NCBI GenBank assembly: GCA_964630595.1 | Contig: CAZVVT010000001.1 | Location: 399,383 to 463,382 of the forward strand | DNA: 64,000 nucleotides | From: an uncultured bacterium | GTDB lineage: Bacteria; Chlamydiota; Chlamydiia; Chlamydiales; VFKH01 | Reading direction: 5' to 3' | Shown here: positions 1 to 10,181 of the stretch, piece by piece | Position numbering within the stretch: the first letter of the stretch is position 1 | How the letters are laid out: every line of letters begins with the position of its first letter | Made by a program: the position numbers and the translations under genes | Notes under the pieces: model-generated | The model's database searches: none | What the model saw: the letters and a program-made list of their open reading frames with translations, nothing else | Told to the model about the DNA's origin: nothing

Positions 1-1146
1 GTTGAAACAACGCTTCGGGCCATACTTGGCGGTGAGATTCTTTGTGATGCCAAAAACGCCGCCTTTGCCATGTGCCACGTCTTGACCAAAGACAACAATG
101 CCCTTATTGCGCGCCATCTCTTCATCGATAGCGTGGTTGATGGCATCCATCATCACGATTTTTTCTTCTGAGAGTACGTTCTGATCGGTTTCACCCTGAT
201 CAAAGGGAGCAAAGACCTTTTCTATCGCGGAGTCTTCATCGGGATAGGGAAGTAGATCGGCTGCGGCAGCGGCCTCTTCCACTTGCTGGAAGCAGCTTTT
301 TTTCAACTCTTCTGTAGAAATGCCCTGACCTTCTAACCAAGCCACATAGTTGGTAATCGGATCGCGTGCAACATCTGCCGCGCGGTGCTCTTCTTTCTTG
401 TATTTGCCCGGATCATCGCTGCTGCTGTGAGGTCCAATGCGCGGCACCTTCACAACCACTACAGAGGGGCCTTCGCCCTTGCGCGCACGCGCCACCGCTT
501 TGGAGAAGGCGTCGCTTGTTTCGGGATAGTCCCACCCTTTGGGTTCGAAAACGGCCATGCCGGTGTATCCACGCGCCATCGGCGCAATGCCGCACGTCTG
601 CTCATGAGAGGGAACGGAGATCGCCCACTCATTGTCATGGATGGAAAAAATGACGGGTAATTGGTGGATGGCTGCAAAATTGAGCGCTTCGTGGAAATCG
701 CCCTCCGAGGTTGACCCATCACCGCCGGAAACATAGACCACTTCATTAAGGCCGGCGCACTTGATGCTCATCGCCACGCCCACTGCTTGCAAGAACTGTG
801 AGGCTACGACGCTGGATTGGCAGGGCATCCGCAACGCTTTGCTGGAAAAATGGCCTGGCATCATGCGACCAGCAGAATGGTCTTTTGTTTTGCGCGCCAA
901 GAAAGCGCCAAAGATTTCTACAAGATCGGCACCCAGACCCACTGCAAAGGGCTGATCGCGATAGTAGGGAAGCCCCCAATCTTTTCCTGGAATCAGCTCA
1001 AGTGCTGCGACCACGCCGGCCATTTCATGGCCTGCAGCAGAGAGCTGAAAGGTAGCGCCCTTGTTCTGGCGCACCAACTTGCCCATCTTCTCGTCGGTCA
1101 TGCGCGACAAGAACATCGCCTTGAGTACCTTCAGGCGTTTATCCAT
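1..1146 (-). CDS. 2-oxoacid (pyruvate/branched-chain) dehydrogenase E1 component, alpha-beta fusion; 5' part only, gene runs off the left edge
   Basis: The minus frame is open from the ATG at 1146 to position 1. It is absent from the ORF track because no stop lies in the window. My translation gives [23 protein letters not shown]...[20 protein letters not shown] (TPP-binding GDG..E motif of E1 alpha). It continues without a stop into ...[42 protein letters not shown] (typical E1 beta N-terminus). The start overlaps the dnaJ stop by 8 nt. Confidence 0.8.
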   Translation of the reverse strand, partial: MDKRLKVLKAMFLSRMTDEKMGKLVRQNKGATFQLSAAGHEMAGVVAALELIPGKDWGLPYYRDQPFAVGLGADLVEIFGAFLARKTKDHSAGRMMPGHFSSKALRMPCQSSVVASQFLQAVGVAMSIKCAGLNEVVYVSGGDGSTSEGDFHEALNFAAIHQLPVIFSIHDNEWAISVPSHEQTCGIAPMARGYTGMAVFEPKGWDYPETSDAFSKAVARARKGEGPSVVVVKVPRIGPHSSSDDPGKYKKEEHRAADVARDPITNYVAWLEGQGISTEELKKSCFQQVEEAAAAADLLPYPDEDSAIEKVFAPFDQGETDQNVLSEEKIVMMDAINHAIDEEMARNKGIVVFGQDVAHGKGGVFGITKNLTAKYGPKRCFN

Positions 1147-2323
1147 TCGCCATTTCCGGGAAGAACGATTTCACCTTCTCGAGAAAACTCTTCTTTTTGG
1201 GAAGATTAGAGCCGCTCTCCGTTGCTGCAAAGGCGCGCAACAAATCTTTCTGCTTTTCACTCAGCTTGGTCGGCACTTCCACAACGATGGTGACCAAAAG
1301 ATCTCCCTTGCCCTGACCGTGCACGTTGGGCATTCCCTCTCCCTTCACGCGGAAGAGCTTACCACTCTGCGTCCCCTCAGGAATCGAAATCTTCGTGCTC
1401 CCTTGCGGCGTAGGAATCTCTTTTTTGCACCCCATCGCTGCTTCTGCAAAACTGATGGGAAACTCGAAGGTTAGGTCATCTCCATTGCGGTGAAAAACAG
1501 GATGGTCTTCGACCTCTACGACGATATAGAGATCTCCCGCAGGAGCGCCCCACTCGCCCGCGTCCCCTAAACCGGCCATGCGCAGACGCATGCCACTTTC
1601 CACCCCCGCAGGGATGGGAATCTTGACGCGGCGCTTGTCTTTCACCCGCCCCGAGCCAGAGCAACCCTTGCAGGGATCGGTGATGATGCGTCCCTCGCCG
1701 CCGCACTTGGGGCAGGCCGTGGACATGGTGAAAAAACCGCGGGATTGGACGACCTGGCCCGTTCCTCGGCATTGCGTACACTGTTTAACGGATTTGCTAT
1801 CTTTGGCACCGCTGCCGGAACACTCGCCGCAACGGACAAAGGTGTTGAGAATCAGCTCTTTTTCCACGCCCTGAGCCGCCTCTTCAAAAGTCAGCTTGAG
1901 GTCAACTCGCTTGCTAGCGCCACTTTCTTGGCCGCGGCTACCACCGCCGCCGCCCTGGCCCCCAAAGAAGGTCTCGAAGATCGAATCCCCACCACCACCA
2001 CCTGCGCCGCCAAAGGCGCCCATAAAGGTGCGAAGGGCCTCTTCCATCGAGGAAAAGCCCTGCCCGCCGCCGCCAAAGCCGCCCGGGCCTGCTCCCGCAC
2101 CAGCGCGGAAAGCATCGGCGCCAAAACGGTCGAAGGTCGCCCGCTTCTGCTCGTCACTGAGGATTTCGTACGCCTCGGAGATCTCCTTGAACTTTGCCGC
2201 AGCTGCCGAGTCCCCCGGATTCTTGTCGGGGTGAAATTGCAAAGCCTTCTTGCGATAGGCCTTCTTGATCTCGTCTGCTGTGGCCGTCTTGGCGACCCCT
2301 AGGACTTCATAGTAGTCGGCCAT
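1139..2323 (-). CDS. dnaJ: Chaperone DnaJ (Hsp40)
   Basis: 394-aa ORF with a J domain ([19 protein letters not shown]), a Gly/Phe-rich linker and four CxxCxGxG zinc-finger repeats ([32 protein letters not shown]). Confidence 0.95.
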   Translation of the reverse strand: MADYYEVLGVAKTATADEIKKAYRKKALQFHPDKNPGDSAAAAKFKEISEAYEILSDEQKRATFDRFGADAFRAGAGAGPGGFGGGGQGFSSMEEALRTFMGAFGGAGGGGGDSIFETFFGGQGGGGGSRGQESGASKRVDLKLTFEEAAQGVEKELILNTFVRCGECSGSGAKDSKSVKQCTQCRGTGQVVQSRGFFTMSTACPKCGGEGRIITDPCKGCSGSGRVKDKRRVKIPIPAGVESGMRLRMAGLGDAGEWGAPAGDLYIVVEVEDHPVFHRNGDDLTFEFPISFAEAAMGCKKEIPTPQGSTKISIPEGTQSGKLFRVKGEGMPNVHGQGKGDLLVTIVVEVPTKLSEKQKDLLRAFAATESGSNLPKKKSFLEKVKSFFPEMANG

Positions 2324-2344
2324 AACACACTAACGGATTTTAGA

Positions 2345-2518
2345 TTAACGCTTGAATTTGAGTGCAGCTTTCGATTTAGCGCGCTCTTTTACAGAGGGCT
2401 TGTCGTAGAAACGGTGTGCCTTTGCAGCCTTCATCACACCCTCTTTATCAAGCTTCTTTTTAAGAGCTCGAAGAGCCTTGTCGATTGATTCGCCTGCACG
2501 CACTTTTACGCTTGTCAT
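2345..2518 (-). CDS. rpsU: 30S ribosomal protein S21
   Basis: 57-aa ORF below the track cutoff, translated by hand: [57 protein letters not shown]. This is a typical S21. It lies directly upstream of dnaJ, as in Chlamydia. Confidence 0.9.
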   Translation of the reverse strand: MTSVKVRAGESIDKALRALKKKLDKEGVMKAAKAHRFYDKPSVKERAKSKAALKFKR

Positions 2519-2635
2519 TGACTATCCTTTTTTCCAAATAGGGAGCTCTAGAGCGTACCACAGACCCCTATTAACGAACAAGGCTTGCGGGAAAAGCTTT
2601 TCCTCCGTATCCTATTTGCAAAACTAAAGGAAAAA

Positions 2636-3250
2636 ATGGCTCGATATACCGGTCCTAAGAATCGCATTGCACGTCGTTTTGGCGTCAACATTTTCGGTCG
2701 CGCACGCAACCCCCTCATCCACAAACAAAACCCTCCCGGTCAGCATGGCGCCCGCCATAAGAAGAAGTCTGACTACGGCGTCCAACTGGAAGGCAAACAA
2801 AAGCTCCGCGCTGTCTACGGAATGATCGCTCACAAACAGCTGGTCAACATCTACAAAAAAGCCACTTTGAAGCAGGGTAACACCTCACAAAACTTCATTG
2901 CCGCTCTTGAAAGCCGTCTCGACAACGTCGTCTACCGCCTCAAACTAGCTCCCACCATCTTCGCCGCACAACAGCTCGTTTCCCATGGACACGTTCTCGT
3001 CGACGGCAAGAAAGTGGACATCCGCTCCTACGAAGTGGCTCCCGGCCAAACTGTGGCCATTAAGGAAGCTTCCCGCAATATGGAGATCCTCAAGCGCGCA
3101 CAAGCACAAGCTCGTGATGTGCCCGGTTATCTCACTGCAAGTGATGCGTTCTCAGGCCAGCTTCTTTCGAAGCCCACCCTGGAACAGATCCCCATGCCGA
3201 TTGAGATCAATCTCCACGAGATCTGCGACTTCCTCGCTCACACAACCTAA
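2636..3250 (+). CDS. rpsD: 30S ribosomal protein S4
   Basis: The ORF 2585..3250 contains the canonical S4 N-terminus MARYTGPKNRIARRFG starting at ATG 2636, preceded by aaaggaaaaa. An S4 RNA-binding domain follows (RLDNVVYRLKLAPTIFAAQQLVSHGHVLVDGKKVDIRSY). Confidence 0.93.
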   Translation: MARYTGPKNRIARRFGVNIFGRARNPLIHKQNPPGQHGARHKKKSDYGVQLEGKQKLRAVYGMIAHKQLVNIYKKATLKQGNTSQNFIAALESRLDNVVYRLKLAPTIFAAQQLVSHGHVLVDGKKVDIRSYEVAPGQTVAIKEASRNMEILKRAQAQARDVPGYLTASDAFSGQLLSKPTLEQIPMPIEINLHEICDFLAHTT

Positions 3251-4083
3251 GAGCCGAACAGCTCTTGGAAGACCTCTACCATCAGGGGATCTACGGGTCC
3301 CCAGAAGAGGTTAAGGTTAGCACGACACGCCTCTTCGTGCTCATCTCCCGGCCAGCTCGGCTGTGCCTTCCATTTGTTTATCGTACTGGAAACAATCGCG
3401 TCCTTATAGCCTGCTATAGCGTCCACTACCCTTACAGGGCCGGGATATGTTTGCAGCTTCATCAAGGCTTTCCGGAGAAATGGTCGCATGAGAGCCCAAT
3501 CAGGACGCCTCGCAGCAATGGTGTCAAAGGTGGCCGCCAATTCGATTACCTTTAGTGGCACTGTCGGTTCAGGAGCAGCTGCAAGAGGCAGATCTACCGT
3601 TTCCTCCGCCATAAGCTCTTCTCTAATCAACCGTGCACGCACTGTTTCATCAAAGCGCACGACGCGAGGAGCGGCCGCGGCGGCTGCAGCAGCCGCTGCC
3701 CCCTCACCCGCTACGGGGGAGGGCTCTTCACTTGTTGCAGGAGACCTGCGTAGAGCCGATTTGAGGGGCCGGACAGCCTGCGACTCCTCCCCCCTTCGTT
3801 TCTGTACCTTGAATGCCTTGAGGAGCTCTAGAGCATGTTCGAGCTTAGCAGGGTCAGAAACTTCGCGCCTGAGAACTCCATCGGCTGCCGTTATCACTGC
3901 CTCGTCCATTTCGCTGAGTGCAGAGCTTTCTCGAGGCACAATGCGAAAGAAGCCGACCGCCCCTTCGTTTTCTAACACCAGCTTATATGTTCGAGGGTTG
4001 GGGCAGGCCTTCAAGCCTTCATAGAGGCTATCGCCATCAGGAAAACGTTCAGGACCAACACCAGCAGCGGCCATACCCCCCAA
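3247..4083 (-). CDS. Hypothetical protein, paralog A of a tandem pair (10-Ala tract)
   Basis: 278-aa ORF with no recognisable family. The N-terminal ~60 aa align with the neighbouring ORF 4136..4873 (DSLYEGL..YKLVLENEGAVGFFRIVPRESSALSEMDEAVITAA). A GCN-encoded run of 10 Ala lies at 3670..3699. The stop overlaps the rpsD stop convergently. Confidence 0.6.
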   Translation of the reverse strand: MGGMAAAGVGPERFPDGDSLYEGLKACPNPRTYKLVLENEGAVGFFRIVPRESSALSEMDEAVITAADGVLRREVSDPAKLEHALELLKAFKVQKRRGEESQAVRPLKSALRRSPATSEEPSPVAGEGAAAAAAAAAAPRVVRFDETVRARLIREELMAEETVDLPLAAAPEPTVPLKVIELAATFDTIAARRPDWALMRPFLRKALMKLQTYPGPVRVVDAIAGYKDAIVSSTINKWKAQPSWPGDEHEEACRANLNLFWGPVDPLMVEVFQELFGS

Positions 4084-4135
4084 GTCATATAAGAGTCTTG
4101 AGTTTTTGCCTATTTATCCGTCAAAAGTGGCGTCG

Positions 4136-4873
4136 TTATAAAATTGCTTCATCCCGATTTGTGATCGCCATCTCGAACAGCTCAAGAATTTGATCGTTTA
4201 TTTCTAGAAGAGCATCTTGAATGGCAAGAGTGGCTTCATCTCGCTTTCTCCAAGAAATTCCCTTCACCAGCCCCTTAGTAAGAGTTGTCGTCAGCTGCAG
4301 TGCTAGTGTTGCAGAGTCGCTACCAACTCGCATCTTCATCACATTTTCTACCTTTTCTCGCACAAAACCTTTGAGATCAGGCGTTTCGACACATTCTTCC
4401 AATGCCTGTACGATAAAACGTAAATCTCGCCCGGTAAACAAAATGCGGGGAATCATCCTGACTTCTTCCGTTCCCCATGTGACAGATTTAGGGCGCGGTG
4501 TAAGAGAAGGGCTTTTCATTGCACTCGATCCCCCAAAACGGAAAGGAGAAGGACTCAAGGCCGTTGTAGCCGGACTTAGCATCTCAGAGCTTTCGATACG
4601 GTCATCATCTACCACCGCTCTTCCCAGCCTACAGAGTAGATCATTGACTACGTCCATCTCGTCCAACAAAAGCGACGCCTTCATCCACTTTTGTGCCACA
4701 GCAATGACGCGGTGATCCTGCTCGGAAAGCGCACTTTTACCCAAAGGAACGAGAGCAAAGGCTCCGCCCTCTACGCTAGCCACCATCAGCTTGTAGCTGC
4801 TCAGTGAGTCGCTTGCTCCATAAAGGGCCTCAAAAAGTTCTCGCGGATCTGTATAAAATGTAATGGCTGCCAT
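4136..4873 (-). CDS. Hypothetical protein, paralog B of a tandem pair
   Basis: 245-aa ORF. The N-terminus RELFEALYGASDSLSSYKLMVASVEGGAFALVPLGKSALSEQDHRVIAVA aligns with ORF 3247..4083. No known motif. Confidence 0.6.
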   Translation of the reverse strand: MAAITFYTDPRELFEALYGASDSLSSYKLMVASVEGGAFALVPLGKSALSEQDHRVIAVAQKWMKASLLLDEMDVVNDLLCRLGRAVVDDDRIESSEMLSPATTALSPSPFRFGGSSAMKSPSLTPRPKSVTWGTEEVRMIPRILFTGRDLRFIVQALEECVETPDLKGFVREKVENVMKMRVGSDSATLALQLTTTLTKGLVKGISWRKRDEATLAIQDALLEINDQILELFEMAITNRDEAIL

Positions 4874-4900
4874 AAAATGGGAAGCGATTGTATCACAAAA

Positions 4901-6364
4901 TTAAAATAATTTTCTCATCTCTCGAAAAGTAAGAGTCAGCAAAACTACAAGGAAGATGGTTCCTTGCAGACTTATTGCCATAAGTTGCTGTAAAACAGTT
5001 ACTTCTGGAAGTGTTATACTCCAGGCCGCGAGCAGGGCAGCCAACGAAGCCAGAGTGACTCGCAATGCCTCTTTCGAGAATAGAGGACGCAGTCTGCCGC
5101 GCAAAAGAATGGCGAGATTCACCATGGAGGCTAAAGAAGTGGCAAGAGCAATAGAGGCGGCCCCCCATTCTAATCCAAAGACTAAAAGCGCATTCAGGCC
5201 GATATTCACGACCACAGAGGCGGCCGAAGCAAAGGCGGGCAGGCCAAAACGCTTATCGGCATAACAACCGGTGGCCACCATCAACACTACCCCCTGCGGG
5301 AAGAGCCCCACAGCATACGCCCAGAGGCAGCGCGTTGTCTGCTCCACATCGACCGCGTTAAAATCGCCATGTTCAAACAAGATCGCAATCCCCAAACGAC
5401 CGCAGGCAAAGCAGGCAAAGGTCATAGGAATCAAGAGAAGGGCCGTTTTGCGTAAAGCATCCGTGAGAAGCTGCTCTAAGCCCGCCTCATCCCTCGCCGC
5501 ACGAGCGCGCGAAAGCGCGGGGAGAAGCGCATTGGCTAAAGCGATGCCAAAGAGGGCGAGGGGGAGCTGCTGGATGCGGATGGCGTACCAAAGCCAGGCC
5601 GGTCCTTGCAGATCAGCGGCGCGAGCAAAGAGCGCATCGAGGGCGCTGTTGACTTGCGCCGCTGAAACTCCAATCAGCCCCAAGCCCAGCCCAGAGGCCA
5701 TTTTCTTGATGACGCTCCAATCTGCATGCGCTCCTTTGAGTTGCCACACAGGGCGCGCAGCGGGCACCAATAAAAGCCACTGTGCTGCGAAGCCAAGCGT
5801 GACGCTCACTGCCAAGTAGGGCATGGCTGCTGCCATAGAAAAATCGCGCAACAAAAACGCAGCGGCCACCCACACCACATTCAGCATCACGGGGGCAACT
5901 CCCGTTAAAAAGAAACGACGCTCACATTGCAGCAGGGAGCTGAAGAGGCCGAAGAGGCTAATGAAGAGGATGCCCGGCATCAGCCACATTGCGAGATGAA
6001 TCACCTCCTCCCATTCGGGACTGGCAGGCACAGCCCAGAAGAGCAGCTCTGTTGCACCCACAACGACGACCAACAAAGAGACGACTAAGAAAACCAATCT
6101 GCGAAAGAAGGCGGCGGCTAGGGCGGGCTCTTGCGCACGTAGATGTTCGAACTGCGGCACAAAAGCCGCCTGCATTGCCCCCTCTCCCACCACGCGTCGC
6201 AACAGGTTAGCCAAGCGGTAGGCCACCATAAAGGCCGCCACGGAAGCGCTCGCGCCAAAGACCCAAGCCATGACCATGTCGCGCCCGAGACCAGTGATTC
6301 GACTAATCAACGTTCCCGACAAAAAACGCGCCGCTGAACGTACGATGCTTGTCTCATTTGCCAT
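4901..6364 (-). CDS. murJ: Lipid II flippase MurJ (MviN)
   Basis: 487-aa polytopic ORF. The N-terminus SAARFLSGTLISRITGLGRDMVMAWVFGAS is the conserved MurJ/MviN opening. About 14 hydrophobic segments. Confidence 0.88.
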   Translation of the reverse strand: MANETSIVRSAARFLSGTLISRITGLGRDMVMAWVFGASASVAAFMVAYRLANLLRRVVGEGAMQAAFVPQFEHLRAQEPALAAAFFRRLVFLVVSLLVVVVGATELLFWAVPASPEWEEVIHLAMWLMPGILFISLFGLFSSLLQCERRFFLTGVAPVMLNVVWVAAAFLLRDFSMAAAMPYLAVSVTLGFAAQWLLLVPAARPVWQLKGAHADWSVIKKMASGLGLGLIGVSAAQVNSALDALFARAADLQGPAWLWYAIRIQQLPLALFGIALANALLPALSRARAARDEAGLEQLLTDALRKTALLLIPMTFACFACGRLGIAILFEHGDFNAVDVEQTTRCLWAYAVGLFPQGVVLMVATGCYADKRFGLPAFASAASVVVNIGLNALLVFGLEWGAASIALATSLASMVNLAILLRGRLRPLFSKEALRVTLASLAALLAAWSITLPEVTVLQQLMAISLQGTIFLVVLLTLTFREMRKLF

Positions 6365-6387
6365 AGAGAACGTATTCTAGTTGAACC

Positions 6388-7227
6388 GTGAGTAAAAAAA
6401 AGCTCCTCATTGGGGCTCACACCTCTACCCAAGGGGGCGTTCACAACGCGCTTGTTGAAGGTCAAGAGATCGGGGCCACCTGCATCCAGATCTTCACCGC
6501 CAACCAGAGACAGTGGAAAAGCCGCCCGATCACCGACGAAATGGCGGATTTGTGGTTTGCTGCACGCGAAGAGACGGGCATTGAAGCCATCATGAGCCAC
6601 TCTAGCTACCTCATCAACTTAGGCTGCCCCCAAGCAGAGAACCTAGAGAAGAGTCGCGCTGCCTTTCGCCAAGAAATCGAGCGCTGCCTCAAGTTGGATC
6701 TCACCTTTCTCAACTTCCACCCAGGAGCTGCGCTCGACGGCACGGTAGAGCAGTGCATCAACCGCATCATTTCCAGCTTGAAAGCGTGCGCTTCTCTCTT
6801 AGAAAAAAGCCGCCTGACGCTGCTGATTGAAGCCACCGCTGGACAGGGCACAGTCGTGGGCCACCGCTTTGAAGAGCTCTCTTCCATCATTGAAGGGGTA
6901 AAAGATCACCTTCCCATCGGCGTGTGCATCGATACCTGCCACATTTTTGCCGCCGGCTATGATGTACGTGATGTCGATGCAGTCCTAAAAGAGTTCGACA
7001 AAGTAGTCGGCCTCAAGTACTTGAAAGCTTTTCACCTCAACGATTCATTGGGCGATTTAGGGTCGCGCAAGGACCGTCATATGCCTCTTGGCAAGGGCCG
7101 GATTGGCATCGACTGCTTCAAAGATTTGATGCGCGACAAACGCACAAGAGAGCTCCCCAAATACCTGGAAACCCCAGATGGACCCGCTTTATGGAAGAAG
7201 GAGATCGCTCTCCTTCGTTCGTTTTAA
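6388..7227 (+). CDS. nfo: Endonuclease IV (AP endonuclease, Nfo)
   Basis: 279-aa ORF with a GTG start. Matching segments are LLIGAHTSTQGG, FTANQRQWKS, HSSYLINL, NFHPGA, IDTCHIFAAGYD and FHLNDS...GSRKDRH, the metal-ligand pattern of the Nfo TIM barrel. Confidence 0.9.
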   Translation: MSKKKLLIGAHTSTQGGVHNALVEGQEIGATCIQIFTANQRQWKSRPITDEMADLWFAAREETGIEAIMSHSSYLINLGCPQAENLEKSRAAFRQEIERCLKLDLTFLNFHPGAALDGTVEQCINRIISSLKACASLLEKSRLTLLIEATAGQGTVVGHRFEELSSIIEGVKDHLPIGVCIDTCHIFAAGYDVRDVDAVLKEFDKVVGLKYLKAFHLNDSLGDLGSRKDRHMPLGKGRIGIDCFKDLMRDKRTRELPKYLETPDGPALWKKEIALLRSF

Positions 7228-7239
7228 TAAGGAACTGCG

Positions 7240-8580
7240 ATGAAAATACGAGAGATTCTGAGACAACAACAGACCGGTAAAAGTGCCGTCATAAAAGGTT
7301 GGGTGCGCACCGTGCGCAACCAGAAGAATATTGCTTTCGTTGAAGTAAATGACGGTTCCTCTCTTGCCGGTCTGCAGGTAGTGCTCGATGGACAACTGCC
7401 CCCTGATGTCACAACAGGCTGTTCTGTCATTGCCACGGGAGAACTGGTTGCCAGCCCCGCCAAAGGGCAACCCATCGAAATGAAAGCCACAAGCTTGGAA
7501 GTAGTGGGCACCTGCGATCCCGATGCCTACCCTCTGCAAAAAAAGCGTCACAGCTTTGAGTTTTTGCGCGAAATTGGCCACCTGCGTCCGCGCACCAACA
7601 CACAAGGGGCTGTAGCCCGCGTGCGCAACGCTCTTGCAATGGCCACCCACGAATTTTTCCAGTCGCGCGGATTTTTGTGGGTGCACACCCCCATCATCAC
7701 TACCTCTGACTGCGAAGGAGCGGGGCAGATGTTTCGCGTCTCTACTCTCCCTGCAGGAAAAACCGATTTCAGCGAAGACTTCTTCGGACGCGAGGCCTAC
7801 CTTACTGTGTCGGGGCAACTTGAGGGCGAAATCTATGCCTGCGCTCTTTCCGACATCTATACCTTTGGGCCCACCTTCCGCGCAGAAAACTCCAACACCT
7901 CGCGCCACCTAGCAGAGTTTTGGATGATTGAGCCAGAGATGGCTTTTGCCACACTCAATGACAACATGGACATTGCTGAGGCCTACCTCAAACACTGTTT
8001 GCAATATGTCATCAAAAATAACCTCGATGACCTCCAATTCTTTGACCAGTTCATCGAAAATGGCCTGCTCAAACGCCTCGACAACGTGGTCTCCAATGAA
8101 TTTGCTCGCATCACCTACACAGAAGCCATCGAGCTGCTCAAGCGCTCCGGAAAGACTTTTCAATTCCCTCACGAGTGGGGCGTGGATCTGCAATCAGAGC
8201 ACGAGAGATGGCTCGCCGAAGAGTACTACAAAAAGCCGGTGATTCTCACCAACTACCCCAAAGAGATCAAATCGTTCTACATGCGCGCCAACGATGACGG
8301 AAAAACCGTCGCCGCCATGGACGTCCTCGTCCCCAAAATTGGCGAAATCATCGGCGGCAGCCAGCGCGAAGAGCGCCTTCATCGCCTCGAAGCGAAGCTG
8401 CAAGAGTGCAACCTTCCCAAAGAGGCATACTGGTGGTACCTGGAATTGCGTAAGTGGGGTTCGGTACCTCACTCTGGTTTTGGTGCCGGCTTTGAGCGCC
8501 TAGTGCTCTTTGCCACGGGCATGGAGAACATCCGCGATGTCATCCCTTTCCCTCGCTGGCCCGGCCACGCAGAGTTTTAG
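7240..8580 (+). CDS. asnS: Asparaginyl-tRNA synthetase
   Basis: 446-aa class IIb aaRS with an OB-fold N-terminus ([24 protein letters not shown]), [21 protein letters not shown] and the C-terminus GGSQREER...[36 protein letters not shown]. Confidence 0.92.
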   Translation: MKIREILRQQQTGKSAVIKGWVRTVRNQKNIAFVEVNDGSSLAGLQVVLDGQLPPDVTTGCSVIATGELVASPAKGQPIEMKATSLEVVGTCDPDAYPLQKKRHSFEFLREIGHLRPRTNTQGAVARVRNALAMATHEFFQSRGFLWVHTPIITTSDCEGAGQMFRVSTLPAGKTDFSEDFFGREAYLTVSGQLEGEIYACALSDIYTFGPTFRAENSNTSRHLAEFWMIEPEMAFATLNDNMDIAEAYLKHCLQYVIKNNLDDLQFFDQFIENGLLKRLDNVVSNEFARITYTEAIELLKRSGKTFQFPHEWGVDLQSEHERWLAEEYYKKPVILTNYPKEIKSFYMRANDDGKTVAAMDVLVPKIGEIIGGSQREERLHRLEAKLQECNLPKEAYWWYLELRKWGSVPHSGFGAGFERLVLFATGMENIRDVIPFPRWPGHAEF

Positions 8581-8915
8581 TTTTCAACGCCCTCGTTACC
8601 GAAACGGCCAAAAGGTAAAAAGGGCTTCTCAGACCCTCCGAAAGGCCTTTCTGCTGCTGCAGAAGCAGCCGTGCATCTGACGAGCACTGCGCTGACAGCT
8701 CCAGCAATAGCTCTGCTTGTCTCTGCCGGATAAGGCGCTTCAACGACAGATTTAAAATCCACCTTTGCCACATTTTCCGAGATCTCTTTTTCTGTAAGCG
8801 CTTGGCGAGCAAAAATGGTTGCAATTGTTTGGAGGCTTTTTTCACTTACATACGACCCAAACTCTCGATAAAGCACGCGTTCAATAACATCTGCATCGGA
8901 AAGTCGACATACCAT
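8577..8915 (-). CDS. Hypothetical small protein (112 aa)
   Basis: ORF lying 3 nt downstream of the 410-aa hypothetical gene on the same strand. No known motif. Coding status is inferred only from position and length. Confidence 0.45.
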   Translation of the reverse strand: MVCRLSDADVIERVLYREFGSYVSEKSLQTIATIFARQALTEKEISENVAKVDFKSVVEAPYPAETSRAIAGAVSAVLVRCTAASAAAERPFGGSEKPFLPFGRFGNEGVEN

Positions 8916-8918
8916 AAT

Positions 8919-10151
8919 TTAAAAATCCATGTTGGATAAGCTATCAAGCACTGCCGTCACACCTAAAAGGTCCGGCGCTTCACTTGCTTGAGCTACTCGG
9001 CTGCGCATCAAATCAAGAGTGGGTTGCAGCTTTTCTCGCGGCAGAATCTCTTGCGCCTTTTGGAGAAACTCTTCAACAATGCTTTCTCCAAAATCGTGCA
9101 GGTCCTCATCTGTATGATCCGGTTTTTGCAACAACCGGTGAAATTCTCTCTCCTTATTGCGACTATATCGCGTGCTCTCAAAAGAGGGGGTTAATTCTCC
9201 CATTCGTTCAATCGCCGTGGAAATCGCGATTCGAATTTCATCTCGAGGCGGCAGAGGAGGGCTGTGCCTGTCAGCGCTTTCAACACTTGCACGCTCTTCT
9301 CTCTCTGCACTCGATTCGGCGCTCACAGGAGATCCGGCCTCCGTTAACCGACGCAACCTCTCCGCGCAAAAGCTGTCCACACTATCCTCTTGAGCCGTTT
9401 CCGCGTACTTTGCGGGCAAACCGCATAAATCAAGCACCGCTCCTGCGCAATTTTGTAGTAGATCTCCATGCATTTCGGATAAATGAGTAGGGTTTTTCCA
9501 ATCAATCACGCGACGTTCATAGCGCAAATCAAGAGGCGGCTCTACAATATATTCCTCATCGGGATCAAGTTTACGCGTCAAACACCCACTCCAGACAGCA
9601 ATGCCAAAGTCGTCGCGAAACTCGAGAGCTAACGCTTCAATCTCTGCTTGAATAGCGGCTCGATCAGCCCCCCCTGCATGATAGCGACGAATGGCGTTGA
9701 TCAATTTTCTGACACGCGCACGTAAAATAGGCGGGATTTCTCCTTCTATCGCCTTTCTTTCCACCTCTGCCAGATCTCGAAATGCCAGCGCAAATTTCAA
9801 CCGGCGATACTTGAGCAGCTCACCCGTATAGCTCTTCACCTCTTCCCAAGTAAGATCGGGGTGGCCCCAATCAGGAATTCTCTGTCGAAGAACAGGCTCT
9901 TCTTCTGCAACCGTTAAATCTCGGCTACTTTCTCTAACAACCACGCCCGTTACCGGATCGACGCGAAAACGATCTCTGATCTCCGCGCGGATTTTGTGAC
10001 AAGCCGCCAGCGATTCTGGAGTTCCCGTAGCTCCATAGTCACGGGATGCAACAAAGAGCTCGGCGAGCTTCGCCTCTAACTCTCTAGGAAGCCTCTTACC
10101 GGGGGATCCTTCAGGTGATGGGGAGCTCCCCTCAATGCCAGCAGCTGCCAT
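8919..10151 (-). CDS. Hypothetical protein with an internal ~70-aa duplication
   Basis: 410-aa ORF with no signal peptide and no known family. Two segments align with each other: HKIRAEIRDRFRVDPVTGVVV..EEEPVLRQRIPDWGHPDLTWEEV..GELL and IQAEIEALALEFRDDFGIAVWSGCL..EYIVEPPLDLRYERRVIDWKNPTHLSEMHGDLL. Confidence 0.6.
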   Translation of the reverse strand: MAAAGIEGSSPSPEGSPGKRLPRELEAKLAELFVASRDYGATGTPESLAACHKIRAEIRDRFRVDPVTGVVVRESSRDLTVAEEEPVLRQRIPDWGHPDLTWEEVKSYTGELLKYRRLKFALAFRDLAEVERKAIEGEIPPILRARVRKLINAIRRYHAGGADRAAIQAEIEALALEFRDDFGIAVWSGCLTRKLDPDEEYIVEPPLDLRYERRVIDWKNPTHLSEMHGDLLQNCAGAVLDLCGLPAKYAETAQEDSVDSFCAERLRRLTEAGSPVSAESSAEREERASVESADRHSPPLPPRDEIRIAISTAIERMGELTPSFESTRYSRNKEREFHRLLQKPDHTDEDLHDFGESIVEEFLQKAQEILPREKLQPTLDLMRSRVAQASEAPDLLGVTAVLDSLSNMDF

Positions 10152-10181
10152 ACTCCTTTGGATGTACCAAATGAGTGGAAT

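Noticed and set aside
3247-3250. Recurring 4-nt convergent stop overlaps (CTAA/TTAG) at 3247-3250, 8577-8580 and 38362-38365, each involving a hypothetical minus-strand ORF
   Set aside because: A TTAG/CTAA tetranucleotide necessarily creates stops on both strands, so the pattern can arise by chance. It neither proves nor disproves that the small hypothetical ORFs are real.
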